DNA from: Rebecca billardiae RCC1528
Taxonomy: Eukaryota; Protista; Haptophyta
Direction of reading: 5' to 3'
Assembly: GCA_965240325.2 (NCBI GenBank)
Contig: OZ251252.1
Coordinates: 868,001 to 932,000, forward strand
Length of the DNA: 64,000 nucleotides
The notes beneath the pieces are model-generated. The model was not told where the DNA came from, searched no databases, and saw only the letters and a program-made list of their open reading frames with translations. The translations under genes were made by a program, and so were the position numbers. Every line of letters starts with the position of its first letter. Position 1 is the stretch's first letter. This document shows, in pieces, positions 9,142 through 21,273 of the stretch.

Positions 9142-10680
9142 TCAAGCGGGCAGCTGCAGGTAGCCGTTGGCAGCGGCGGCGCCACCGCCAGCGCCCACCG
9201 AGCCCGCCCGCGCGCCGGCTGCCACCGAGCGCGCGGAGCGCCCGCCCGCGGCACGCGCCGAGTGCGCCGCGCCGCCCGCCCGCGGCTTGGCGAGCGCGCT
9301 CGCGCGCGCCGCGTCCGCGTCGGCCGGCGCGGCTCCCGCGTCGAAGCGCACCACGCCCGCGCCCTCGCCGTCGCGCTGCGCGAGCACCGCGAGCGCGTCC
9401 GCGCGCGCCACCCTCGAGAACACGTCGAGGCGCAAGTCATTCCGGTCAACACCAAACGGCATTTCTATTTCGGCCGCGACTTCATTCAGCCCGAGCAGGG
9501 CGAGCGCGACGAGCGCGCTGGCGAGCGGCGTGCCCCAGCCGAAGTGGTGGGCGAGGGTGAGCGGCAGCGTCGAGAGGAAGAGGAGCAGGAACAGGTGCAG
9601 CAGCTGCACGTACGGGGACGGCAGCGGCGTCGTCCGGATTTTGTCCGCGCCCATCCACCCGCTTACCAGCGCGCTCACGTGACCGTCCAACAGCCGGAGC
9701 GCGTCGCCCGAGAGCCGCCCGGCGCGCACCGCGTGGTGGACGCGCCGGCTGAGCCACTGCGCGGCCACCGGCACCGCGCGCTCGTGCGCCAGCAGCAGCG
9801 ACCACTCGCCGGCTGTCGCGAAGCGCCGCGCGCACGCCTCCGCCTCGAGCGCGCGCGCGCGCGCGGCGCGGGCGCGCGCCGACGGCGCGGCCGAGGGGCG
9901 CGCCGCCGGCTTGGGCGACGGCGTGGGCTCGTCGGAGGGGCGCGCGCCCGCGCACGCCGCGCCGCCGCCGCCCGACGCCGCCGCCCACGCGCGCTGCCCC
10001 GCGCCCGCCCACGCGGCGCCGCCGGGCGCGGCGGGCGCGCACGCGCCCACCGCCCCGTCCGCCGCGACTGCAGCTGCCGGCGCGTGCAGTCCATCCGCAA
10101 CCGCCGCCTGCAAGTCGTGCGCCGCCGCCGAGTAGAGGAGAAGGGCGAGGCGGCGGAGGTCCTCGCGCTCGTTGGCGGCGTCGCGGTCGTCGCCGTCGTG
10201 GTACGCCGAGACGATGCGCACGATCTCGCGCAGCGAGAGCACCATCTGCCCCACCAGAGACCGCCCCTCCCTGTGCGTGCGCGCGGCGCGCGCGCGGCGC
10301 GCGCGCGGCGCGCAAGAGCGCGCGCGCGCGCGCGAGCGGGGGGTCGTCAGCGGCACGCGGCGCGGCACGGGGCCGCACGCCGCGCGAGGCCGCGCGCACC
10401 AGTACCGCCCGTACGCGTGGCTCGAGCGGAAGACCAGCATGAACGAGAGCGGGACCATCAGCAGCGTGTGCGCCTTGTCTGGCAGCACCGCGCCGCTCGG
10501 CCGTGCGGGCGCGCCCGGGCCGAAGGCCGTGAGGTCGACGCGCGCGGCGTGCAGCGCGGCGGCGACGAGGCCGAGCAGCGCGGTGGTGAGCACCTCGGGC
10601 AGCACGCGCGGGATCACCGAGCCGCGCAGCTGGAAGATCAGCGCCAGCCAGTGCCGGTCGCGCATCGCTTGGGCGGGCAT
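9142..10680 (-). CDS. Bestrophin family anion channel, bacterial/UPF0187 (YneE)-type; exons 10680-10400, 10270-9142
   Basis: GSVIPRV, LSFMLVFRSSHAYGRYW|EGR (restored by the 129-bp GT-AG intron 10271-10399), ADKIRTTPLPSPY, EIEMPFGVDRNDL. Confidence 0.92.
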   Translation of the reverse strand: MPAQAMRDRHWLALIFQLRGSVIPRVLPEVLTTALLGLVAAALHAARVDLTAFGPGAPARPSGAVLPDKAHTLLMVPLSFMLVFRSSHAYGRYWCARPRAACGPVPRRVPLTTPRSRARARSCAPRARRARAARTHREGRSLVGQMVLSLREIVRIVSAYHDGDDRDAANEREDLRRLALLLYSAAAHDLQAAVADGLHAPAAAVAADGAVGACAPAAPGGAAWAGAGQRAWAAASGGGGAACAGARPSDEPTPSPKPAARPSAAPSARARAARARALEAEACARRFATAGEWSLLLAHERAVPVAAQWLSRRVHHAVRAGRLSGDALRLLDGHVSALVSGWMGADKIRTTPLPSPYVQLLHLFLLLFLSTLPLTLAHHFGWGTPLASALVALALLGLNEVAAEIEMPFGVDRNDLRLDVFSRVARADALAVLAQRDGEGAGVVRFDAGAAPADADAARASALAKPRAGGAAHSARAAGGRSARSVAAGARAGSVGAGGGAAAANGYLQLPA

Positions 10681-13323
10681 GGTGAGGGCGCGACACGATG
10701 GCCGCCTGATCAAAAGCGAGCACCAATGTTATATCGAAAGTGCTCCGCCATCGGCCCTACTGTCGCATCGGCGCCCAGTCGGCGAGTTCGGACGACGACG
10801 TTTTGTGGACGACGGTGGGGCGAGGACGACGGGCGCTGGCGCGCCGCGAGGCGGCCGCAGCCCTCATCCCGGCCTCGCAGGCGGACGGCTTAACGAATCT
10901 TCCGGCGGCGCTACCATCGGCGACGGCTTCACATGGGCGGTGACAGTTGTCAGTTGGCGGGCAGTCTAAATCTCGCCTGCCTGAGCTGTGGCCTGTGTGC
11001 GTCTCTTAAATTCTTAGTAAACTGTATCCGGATTGAACGTAGTAACGACGTGGCAGTAACGTCACACGTGCTGACGTCCCTCCGCTGACGTCAGGCTGGT
11101 GCGTTCCGGACTCAGCGCGCAGATGACACTTCACGTGACGGATATCAGTTCTAGTATTGACGAGACTGCGGGTTCTGCTATGCGCTATACTAGTAGTACA
11201 ACGATGGACGACAGCACAGGCAGGTCGCATGCCGGCGCAGGTCTCGCCTCGGATTTGTCAGCAGATTCACTCAGTCAGTCGGCAAGTCGGCGTTGGTGGC
11301 AGCTAGAGCTCCGCGCCTGCACCGCGCGATCGAAGGAGCTAGCTTTTAGTAAATTATTATTTACATTAAGCGCGTTTTGAGCCGCAGCAGCGAGATCCAC
11401 CTGGCGCTGAGCAGCAGTTACGCATAGAGGGGTCGACGACTTCATATTATTTAGGTTTGGCATATTATTACATGCGGATTCGATCTGCCGCGGCGCAGTC
11501 TGACCCGAGGACACCCAGCCGAGGCCAGCACTGGCCACTCAATGACTCAAACTAAGTACGACGCACAAGCCACTCGGCTGATGACCGTACCGTACTGCAG
11601 TAGTGATGCCGCACTATATTCTTGTAGTGCTGTAGTAGTAGTATACCGCCCTTTAGGTATGTCGTACCGCAGTCATCACACGTACTACATTACGACGACA
11701 CCGCGCACATCGAGATCGACATCGCATCGTCAGCACAGCATTCGTCAATTCGTGATTCGTTCGCGCACACACCGTGTCCGTCAGTCAGCCAGCACCGCAC
11801 GTACTATCTCATTCAGAGACGAACCACTCAGAGGAGCAGCTAGCGAGCTCGTCGTCGGAGGTGTTTAGTGCAGTGTTGGTGTCTGCCTGTGTGCTCATCT
11901 GGCAGGCCTGTCTGTATCGATTCGGGCGCATCGACCGGCTTAGCAGTAGCGAGTCGGAGTAGCGAACGTGTCGATGGATTCTTCAGAGTTCAAGTAGGCA
12001 GACTGGCCACCCGAGCTCACACTCCTCGCAGCGTCAAAGGCCAGCGACGGCTGAAAGCAGTGCAGATTCGCCCGAGTGACGATTCGGTGCGCGGCTCGCG
12101 GCTACGCGGCCAGCGCCATCTTTGACACGGCTAGGTCAAGTTTACTCGACTAGCCGGGCTTATGAAGGTCAAGGTTGGCAACGTCAGTTCAGAGTGTAAC
12201 TGACTGACGGGGCATGTGGCATCCGTGCAACGGTCACAGACCACGGCTACACACTTAATACTGCTAGTGTTGCGGTGGCGGGCCACTCAGCGCGCCGCAT
12301 GCGGCATGGGCGGCGCCGGCGCACCAATCACCTATGCGCTGCTCGACAGGCGAGCGTCTTGCATGCCGCGGCACGTGCGGAGAGGCGGCTAGGTATGCGC
12401 GCGCAAATAATGCCGTCTGCCCGTCGACGCCCCCGTCTGCTCCGTGCTCGCCAGCGTGACTCTGCGACGCCGTTCGGCGTTGTCGCTCGGCGCACGTTGC
12501 ATGCACGGTTTGTGCGCACGCACTGCCCGTCCGACGATGCTAAGCTGGCGATCGGTGATCCTAATGAGATACGCTACTGCTCTTCCTTCCGACCTGCACG
12601 GCCACGTGCACAGCAGTGCCAAGGGCACAGTGTGAGTGTCAGCACCGGCTAGCAGACTTGGCGCTGCCAGACTGTACAGCCTGTAGGCGAGGGCGGAGGG
12701 CAGTTCGTTGGTGATACCCGACTTTCGAGGCTCGGCATAAGGCTTCTTACCCGGCTCGAAAACTGAACGACGACACTAATGCGGGTGAGCACAGTATTCA
12801 CTCATTGGACTAGATATGTGGTGGATCTTCCCATATCGTACCCGCGATCACATTTAAAGTCGTATCACTGTAGTCCGGAGGGTGTCTGATTGGTTGCTTA
12901 AGGTGATGAAGAGGTATTGGGAATGGGAACCAATGCCATACACTATTATGAATGATTCGAAGCTCGTGGAAACCCTCACGCGCGTGGATCATGTTTGTGG
13001 TTCGAGCCAATCAGCGTCCGAGCACAGAGTGGTCTGCACTCAAACGCGCACTCAGAAACCTAACCAAAATGACGGATATCAGACCCATTTCATTTGGCAA
13101 AACGCAACTTGGGTATCGCCGTCTGTAAGCTGGGTATCGACATTAGTAAGGTCAATGAATCTGAATCCGACTCGTTGAACCTGACGAGAATCCTCGCGCC
13201 CCGCCCCACCTGTACTGTGCCTGTTCTCAACGTCGTCACAAAAGGATCCCGCCACGCAAACACGTCGTGCGCCCCCCCGCCCCCCGCCCGATTCCTCCCC
13301 CACGACGCTCTCGGCTCCGAACC

Positions 13324-14286
13324 ATGCCCGATGCCGAACGATCCGACGCGCACGTGCAGCACCGCTGGCGGCCGCGCCCGGCGCAGCGGCTGCTCCTCGA
13401 GTCCGTCTTCAGCGTGTCCAACATGCCCAACCGGCTGACGGTCGATGCGCTCGCGAAGTCGCTCAACGTCCACCCGCGCCAAGCCAGGATCTGGTTCCAG
13501 AACAAGCGGCAGCGCCTGCGCAAGCGGCACGGCGCGGACGCCTTGCCGAACACGACGCTCGAGGGCCCGATCTCCGCCATGCTCCCCGCGCTCCTCGCGC
13601 CGCAGGCCCTGGCCGCCGTCGCGCGGCCGGACGCGTCTCGCTCAGACGCACGCGTGGACGTGTCCGCGACTCCGATCGCCGCGCCGAGTGCGCCGTCGAC
13701 TGCGCGCGCGAGCATGTACACGCCGCCACTGGTCGTGCCGGGCCGGGTGATGGACCAGTCCGACGCCACGGTGCTGCCCGCGCCCGCCGACGCGCTCGCG
13801 TGGCGAGCGGCGCAGCAGCAGCAGATCCCCACCTTCCACGCGCTGCTCGCGCGCGAGCTCGCTTCGGCGGTGAACAGCGGCCTCGTCCAGCTGGCGTGCC
13901 CCTCTCGCTCTGTGCCCGAGCACGCCGTCCAAGAGCGCGCCCTGAAGGCTGAGGACGCGCAGCGCGTCTTTCCGGTCAGCCCGCACGACGTCACCAAGGC
14001 CATGTTCGGCGCCGACCGGCACCACCACCACCAGCTGCTCCTGCAGCAGCAGCAGCAGCAGCCGCCGTACACCGCGGTGCCGTTCGACCCGTTGCCGCCA
14101 CCCCTGCTCAACACGCTCTCGACGGCGCCGAGCGCATCTGCCGGCGATGTGGAGCGCCACACGAGCTCCACGCACGCCGCATGGCAGCGCCGTGTGTGCC
14201 TACCCAGCGACGCCGCGGCGCCCGCGTTCACGAGCGACGACTTTTACGACGCGCTCCTCAACGACATCATCGCACGCGGCGTCTGA
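13324..14286 (+). CDS. Homeodomain transcription factor
   Basis: RWRPRPAQRLLLESVF...PNRLTVDALAKSLNVHPRQARIWFQNKRQR homeodomain near the N-terminus. Q/P-rich body and acidic-hydrophobic C-terminal tail. Confidence 0.9.
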   Translation: MPDAERSDAHVQHRWRPRPAQRLLLESVFSVSNMPNRLTVDALAKSLNVHPRQARIWFQNKRQRLRKRHGADALPNTTLEGPISAMLPALLAPQALAAVARPDASRSDARVDVSATPIAAPSAPSTARASMYTPPLVVPGRVMDQSDATVLPAPADALAWRAAQQQQIPTFHALLARELASAVNSGLVQLACPSRSVPEHAVQERALKAEDAQRVFPVSPHDVTKAMFGADRHHHHQLLLQQQQQQPPYTAVPFDPLPPPLLNTLSTAPSASAGDVERHTSSTHAAWQRRVCLPSDAAAPAFTSDDFYDALLNDIIARGV

Positions 14287-14730
14287 CGTGGACTCGGACT
14301 TGCCGCCTGCAGCCAAGTGGCGCGCACCGTGATGCCATGATGCGCGTGCGCGCTGGCGCCGCCGCAGCCGCGAGGCCGGCCCAGCTCCTGCAGCCCTTTG
14401 GTGGCGCGTCGATCTCCCCCGCCGCCCGGCGATATGCATGAGTCTCCGAATGGCCGCGGCGCGAACGGCGAAGCCGAGCGCGCGACATCAGATCGCGAGC
14501 AAACGGACTACGCGGAGACTGTACCGGGCCGAACACTGATGTGTGCGCATCGTCGTGTCCGAGGACTCGTCGTCATCGCACCGCCAGCGCGACCCCGGCG
14601 TCGGACACTCCCGCGCCAGCATCGTCATTATTATATATTATTAAAATTATTGGAAACAATTCTTAATTTTTAAAAGTGTGGTTATGATGATATTAATAAT
14701 ATTATTATTAATTAAATATATACGGCCACT

Positions 14731-14929
<199 letters not shown>

Positions 14930-15220
14930 CGACGTACTGTCGTAGTGGTATGTCAACGGGCACGGGCGTCAAAGTCAGCAAGCTGAGTAGCAGCAGATAT
15001 CGAGCAGCAGAGACATGATGCTGCAAATAACACCATCGTCATCAGGATCAGCGCTCCTCGCCGTCGTCCCCCCCCCCCCCCCCCCCCCCTCGTAGTCGCC
15101 CATATATCGTCACTCCATCGCCGAGCGGAAGCTCGACGCACCGTCTGGCGGCGTCGACGACGCGCGCGCGCCACCGCGGTGGTCGCGGTGGCCACGCGTC
15201 GTCCGAGCCCGCGGTCTGTC

Positions 15221-15259
<39 letters not shown>

Positions 15260-15494
15260 TATGCTGCTGCTATACATACTGCGACGACGACAGCTCGTCG
15301 CTGTCCACCTGACGTTTGACAGACGCGCTTGCTCATCAGCCGCCGCCACGCTCGCCGGGCGGATCCGACGCGACAACGCAGTCGCGATCGCGCGGCATCA
15401 GGCGGCCAGCAGCCGCGCCGGGCGTGTCCTCGCGCGTCGTCAGCCTCGCCCGTATGGACGCCCCGCGGCCGGCTCTGCACCAACCGCCCCCAAG

Positions 15495-17550
15495 TCAGCC
15501 TGCCTCCTCGAGGGCGAGCCTCGGCCCAGCGTGGGCTGCCGCGGGCGCGGCGCGCTCGGCGCACGCCGGCGCGGCGGCCGGCTCCGGCGGCGGCGGCGCC
15601 TCCGCCGCCGACGGCACCTGCTGCGCGGCCCAACGCGCCTCCGCGGGCGGCTCGGGCGCGGGCGTGCCCACCCCGCTCTCGCGGCCCTCGACAGGCGCGC
15701 CCACCACCTGTGCGGCCACCGGCGCCGAGTCCGCCGCCGGCGCGCCGGCAGGCCAGCCGCCGGCGCCGCCGCGCGCGGCGCTCGCCGCCACCGGCGCGGC
15801 CGCGGGCGCGCCCAAGGGCACGGCTGCGTGCGGCCGCGCGGGGGGCGCAGGCGCGGGCGCACCCCGCGCGGGCAGGGCGTCGGCGCGCGCGCGCGCGAGC
15901 GGCGCGCCGGCGTGCGTGGCCGCACCATAGTGCGCCTCGCGCAGCGCGTGTTGGCCCGGCACCATCCCACCGGTGAGCAGGCCCTCCCCGCGCGCCGCGC
16001 CGCGCCGCCACTCGCCCGCGTACACGGCGCCTGCGGCGGTGCGTAGGCTGCCGACGCCGTGCCGCGCGCCGCGGCGCCACTCGCCGTCGTACTGCGCGCC
16101 GCACGCGTAGGTCTGGCTGCCGAAGCCGTGCCGCGCGCCGCGCCGCCACGAGCCGTCGTACAGCACGGGGCGCAGCCGCAGAAGTCTCCCCGAAAGTTCC
16201 ACCGCGTCGGCGCACGCGGCCGGCGGCTCGGCCGGCGGCGGCGGCGGCGGCGCGTGCGGCGCGTGCGCCGCCGCCAGCGCCGGCTCCGCCGAGCGCTGGC
16301 AGCACAGGGCGAGGCCCTCGCCGTCCCGCGCGCCGTGCGCCCACTGCCCGACGTACCGCTCCTCGCCCTCGCACGCGCACGCCGTGCTTGGCCCCGCGCG
16401 GCCGTCAACGGCGCCGGCGTCGTCGTCGCCAGCGTCGTCGGCGGCTGTGGCGGCGGCGGCGGCTGTGGCGGCGGCGGCGGCTGTGGCGGCGGCGGCGGCG
16501 GCGTTGGCGGTCGGGTCGGGGTCGGGCTGGGCGGCTGGGGCGGGCTCGGCGCGGGCGGTGGGTGAACGCAGCACCACCTGCGCTCCACGCCCGTGCCGCC
16601 GCCCGTGCCGCCAGCCGCCGACGTACAACTCCAGCTCGAGCTCGAGCTCGAGATCGAGATCGAGATCGAGATCGAGATCGGCATCCAGATTGCGATCTCG
16701 CGCGGCGCCGCGCGGCGGCTCAGCGCCGCCGCGCTGCGCGTGCGCTGCGGGAGATTGCAATCTCCCGCGGCGCACGCACAGCTCCACGCCGAGGCCGTGC
16801 GCGAGCAGAGCGGGTCGCGCCGGCTGCGGCCCCGCCCACACCGCGCCATCCACCGCGGGCGCCCCTGCGCGGGAGATTGCAATCTCTGCGGCGAGCGCTG
16901 CGCCCGCCGCGTCGGCGGCATGCGGCGCGGCGGCGAGTGGTGCTGCTGCGGCGTCCGCCGCCTTGAGGCCACCGCCGTACCACGCGCCCACGAGATCGCA
17001 ATCTCCGGCCCGGCCGGGGGCGGGTGCACCCGCCGCCCCAGCCGGCGCGTCCCCGTCGTCGTCGGACTCGCGCTGGCCCTCGCCCGCGCCGCCGCCGTCC
17101 GCGCCCGGCGCGCGCGGCGGCGGCGGCGGCGGCGACGGCGCGCGCCATTGCGGCGCCGCCGCGCCGCCGCTCGCGCGCAGCACGGCCGCCCGCTGACGGT
17201 GCGTCGCGGCCGGGGCGACCGGCGGCGGCGGCGGCGGCGGCAGCGTGTCCGCGGGCACGGCGCCGTGGGCGGGCCCGCCCTCCGCGCCGCCCCCTCCGCG
17301 CGCGTCGGCCGCGGCCGCGAGCGCCGCGCCGCCGCCGCCGCCCGAGCGCGCCGCGGCCGCGGCGGCCGCGCCGCCCGCCGCCGCGCGCGCCAGGCCAAGC
17401 AGCCGCTGGCTGAGTGAGCTCACGGCGGCGCCCGCGGCGCTCTCGGCCACGCTGTCGGCCAGCTGCGCCGCGCCGGCGACCGCCGCGTCCGACGCGCCGC
17501 CGAGGCTGCCCAGCGCGCCGCGCGCGCCGGCGGGCGGCCGCGGCGAGAGA

Positions 17551-17618
<68 letters not shown>

Positions 17619-20192
17619 GGGCGGCGGCAGCTGCGCGGGTGGCGCGAGCGCGCGCTGGAGCCAGCGCGAGGCGGCGCCGAGGCCCGACGCGCGCGCCCAC
17701 TGCTCGAACGGCGCGCCCGCCGCCCACAGCGCGACGAACTCCGCGCCCCACTCCGCGCGGAGCGCGCGCACGCAGTCGGCTGGCGCGCGCGCGCCCATCG
17801 CAGCGGTCGCGCGCGCGCACAGCCCGCTCAGGTGCGCGCCGATGCGCGCCGCGGCCCACGGGGCGGAGCCCGCCCAGACGTGGGCGCTCGGGTCCGCGTC
17901 GGGCGTGCCGGCCGCGCGGGGCGGGGGCGCGTGCCCGCCGCCGCCGCGCGCAGCTCCGCCGCCCGCCGTGTGCTGCACCATGGGCGCAGCAAGGTCGGAG
18001 CAAAACCGCATGGCGGCCGCGGGCAGCGCGGACGCGGCCGCGGCCGCGCCGGGCTCGCGGCCTCCGCCGCCGTGCCCGCCACCGATCGCTGCGTGCTGCG
18101 CGTGCTGCTGCGGCGCTGCCGCCGGCGGGGCGAACCACACCTCCGCCGCCCAGCCGCCGTCCGCGCCCGCGCCCTCCGCGCCGCCCGCGCCCCCCGCGCC
18201 GACGCCCTCGTCGAGGCGCGGCGGCGGCGCGCGCACGCTCACAACCGCCGACGCCAGCGGGCGCAGCGCCGCGGCGACGTGCGCGTCGGCCGTGCCGGCG
18301 AGCCACGCGCGCGCGCGCACGCCGCCGCCGTCCGCCGCGAGCCTCCGCTCCCGGACTGGCGGCTCCCGGACTCGCGGCTCCCGGACTAGCGCGCGCCCCG
18401 CCGGCGCCGCTGTGAGCGCGTGCAGCAGCGGCAGCTGCCATGCTGAGACCGACGGGAGAACGGTCGCCCAGTGCGAGAGCGGCGGGTGCGGCGCGTGCGC
18501 GTCGCTCGGCCGGCGGGCGGCGGCAGCGCCACCGCCGCCACGCCGCCCGCCGGAGTCCGAGCTGTCGGCGTCGAGCGGCGGCGCGCGCTCCGGCGCGGCG
18601 CCGCGCTCGCGCGCCGACCCGCTGCCACTGCCCCACAGACGGCCGAGGCCGCCGCCGCCGCCAGGGCTTGCTGAGCTCGTCGGGTGGGGCTGGGGCGGGC
18701 TGGACCGGGCGGCGGCGGCACGCCGGCCGGGCCGGCCGTGCGCGTCGGCGGCGGCGCACGGCCTGTCGAGCAGCGCTCGCAGCAGCAGCACGACGCCATC
18801 GCTGCCTGCGCCGCCGGCGGGCGCGCCGCCGGGCGGCTGGCTCGCCGACGGTTCGGCGCCGCGCTCGCGCGCGCCGCCGCGCGCCGCGAGGAGCGGGCGG
18901 CCGGGGCGCAGCGGGCTGGGCGCGGCCGCGGCGCCCTCGCCGTCGGCACCCGCGCCGCCCGTGCCGCCGCCGCACCCGCCCGCCCCTCCGCCCGCCGGCT
19001 GCGCGCACACCAAGACAGACCCCCCGGCCAACAGAACTCGACACAGTCGAAGCAGCGCCTCGCAGCCGCACCGCACGCGCGCCTCCGCGCCGCCGGCGGT
19101 GCCGCCGCCGAGGGCGGCGGCGAGCTGCAGCAGCGACGGGCCGTGCGCCCAGCCCAGCGCGTCCGCCTCCTCCTCGCACGCCGCCGCGGCCCCGCCCGAG
19201 ATTGCAATCTCGGCCCCGCCCGAGATTGCAATCTCGGCGGCCGCCCGGTCGCGCGCCGCGTGCCGCGCAAGCGTCGCGCAAAGCCCGGCGTGCAGCGGCG
19301 CGAGCGCCGCGCCGGTGGCGGTGGCGACCGCGTCGTCCGCCGCGCCGACCTCCGCGCCGGCGCGCGGCGCGCGCGCGCCGCCCGCCGAGATTGCAATCTC
19401 GGCGGCCGCGTCCGCCATGGCCGACGCCCAGATTGCAATCTCGGCGGCGAGGGCCGCGTTGAAGGGTCGAGCGGGCGCGACGGCGGCGACGCACAGCCGG
19501 CCGCGCCACGCGCTGACGACGGTGGCCGGGCTGCGCAGCAGCGACGCCGCCTCGAGCACCGCGTCCGCGCCGTCGCCCACGCCCGCCTCCGCCGCGTCAG
19601 GCAGCGACGCGCAGCGCGCGCCCGCGGCGGCGGCGTGCGGCGCGGCGGCGCTGGGCAGATGGTGCAGTAGCGCGCGCCAGTCGGGTGGCGGCGGCGCGTC
19701 GGCGGGGCAGAGGACGCGGCCGACGCGCCAGCCGAACGCACCCTCATCCACCAGCTGCACCACGTAGCACGCCGCGCACGCCGCGCGCGGCGCGGGCGCG
19801 CGGCGCGCGCGCTCGCGCGCCGGCGACGTGCGCGCCGCGGGCGCCGCGCGCGCCGCGGCGTCGGACGACGCGGCGGCGGCGGAGGCGGCGGCGAGCTGGC
19901 GGTTGCGCGCGGCGACGGTGCTCTTCAGCCAGTGCGCCTGCGCCTCGCCCTCGTCGTACGCGCGCCGCGCCCCCTCGTCGCCCAGCACCGCCCACGCCGC
20001 TCCGACTCGCACGAACGCCGCCGCCGCGCCGTCGGCGGCCGCGCGGTCCGGGTGGAGGCGGAGCGCGCGCGCGCGGTACGCGGCGCGGATCTCGGGCGCG
20101 GAGGCGTCGGGCGTGACGCCGAGCGCGGCGTAGTGGCTCAGCTCCGCCGCCACCACGCCCGGGTCGAACGGCGCGTCGCCGCCATCCGCCAT
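15495..20192 (-). CDS. J-domain (DnaJ) + AVL9/DENN-like + MORN-repeat protein
   Basis: J domain: HYAALGV...IRAAYRARALRLHPDR...AWAVLGDEGARRAYD. AVL9-like blocks: PPDWRALL..SLPDAA and WAGSAPWAAARIGAHL..EWGAEFVALW. MORN repeats: YDGSWRRGARHGFG, YDGEWRRGARHGVG, YAGEWRRG. Undetected introns are possible. Confidence 0.8.
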
Positions 20193-21273
20193 GCTCGCAG
20201 GCGGGCGGACGCGCTCCGCGGGCGGGACGGCCGCGCTTGCCGCAAGTCGAGCTCCGGCGCGGCCCACGCGTGCCGAAGCGGGCTGGTCAGTCAGATTTGC
20301 ACGCACGATGGCGGCGAACATCGGCCGCTCCGAGGGATGCGCCCGCGCGGCGGGGACAGGAGCCTGCGTCACGGCGAGGCCATGGCCGTGGGCTCTGACT
20401 GCCGTCTCGGGCTGCCGCCCCGGGCCTGCACGGCGAGCCTGCCCGCGTCGCGCCACGCCTCCTCCACCTCCAATGCGCGCAGCACGCGACGAGTCCTGAC
20501 CGGCGCGGCGGCTAAGCGGCCTGCGACGGCCAGGCGGCCGCGACACGGGCCGGCGCGCCCGCGGCGCGGCGCCTGACGCGCCGCGCCTGACACCGGCTGC
20601 TATTATTGCCATCGTTGGGCGCCGCGGTCGTCCGCGCCGCTAGTTCTTTCACTGGCGCTAGCAGCAGCAGTAGTATCAGTACGGCCCGTGCCTCGGAACA
20701 CTCGCGCGGTGTTGACACGCATCACGCCTGCTCCGGCCAGGCCGGGGCCACCAGCAATCCGCGGGGCGGCCGGGCGGGTGAGTTCCGGCCGACTCCTGAC
20801 GCGATTACTCTACGCCATCCATATCATGCGTTCATTCGTAGTCGTCATCATCAGCATCATCAGCTACTGCTTACTAGCAGCGCACTACGCGGTACTCGGT
20901 ACGGAGCAGTAGTGACGGTTGCGAACTATGATGACTACGTCGTATACTACGCATAGTGCATAGCGGCGGCGGCAGCGCGCTGCGACGCTACTCATCGGCG
21001 TCTGATATGACGACGATGGTCTTATTGCGCGCGTTCATCATCGCAGCGCGCAGGCGGCGGCGGCTGCGTCTGCGACCGCCGCTGGCATCGTCCGCGGCGG
21101 CGCTCGCCGCGGCCAGGCCACGCCACGCGGGCACTCGCCCACTTCACCGCCCTGGCGCGGCGGCTGCCTCAAGCGCCTGGGCGCGCTGTGCGCCCGCCGC
21201 CGGCTCGCCCGATGCGCAGCCAGCCCAACACGCCGCCGGCACCGCGCACAGCGCACCCAGCGCGCGGCTGCAG

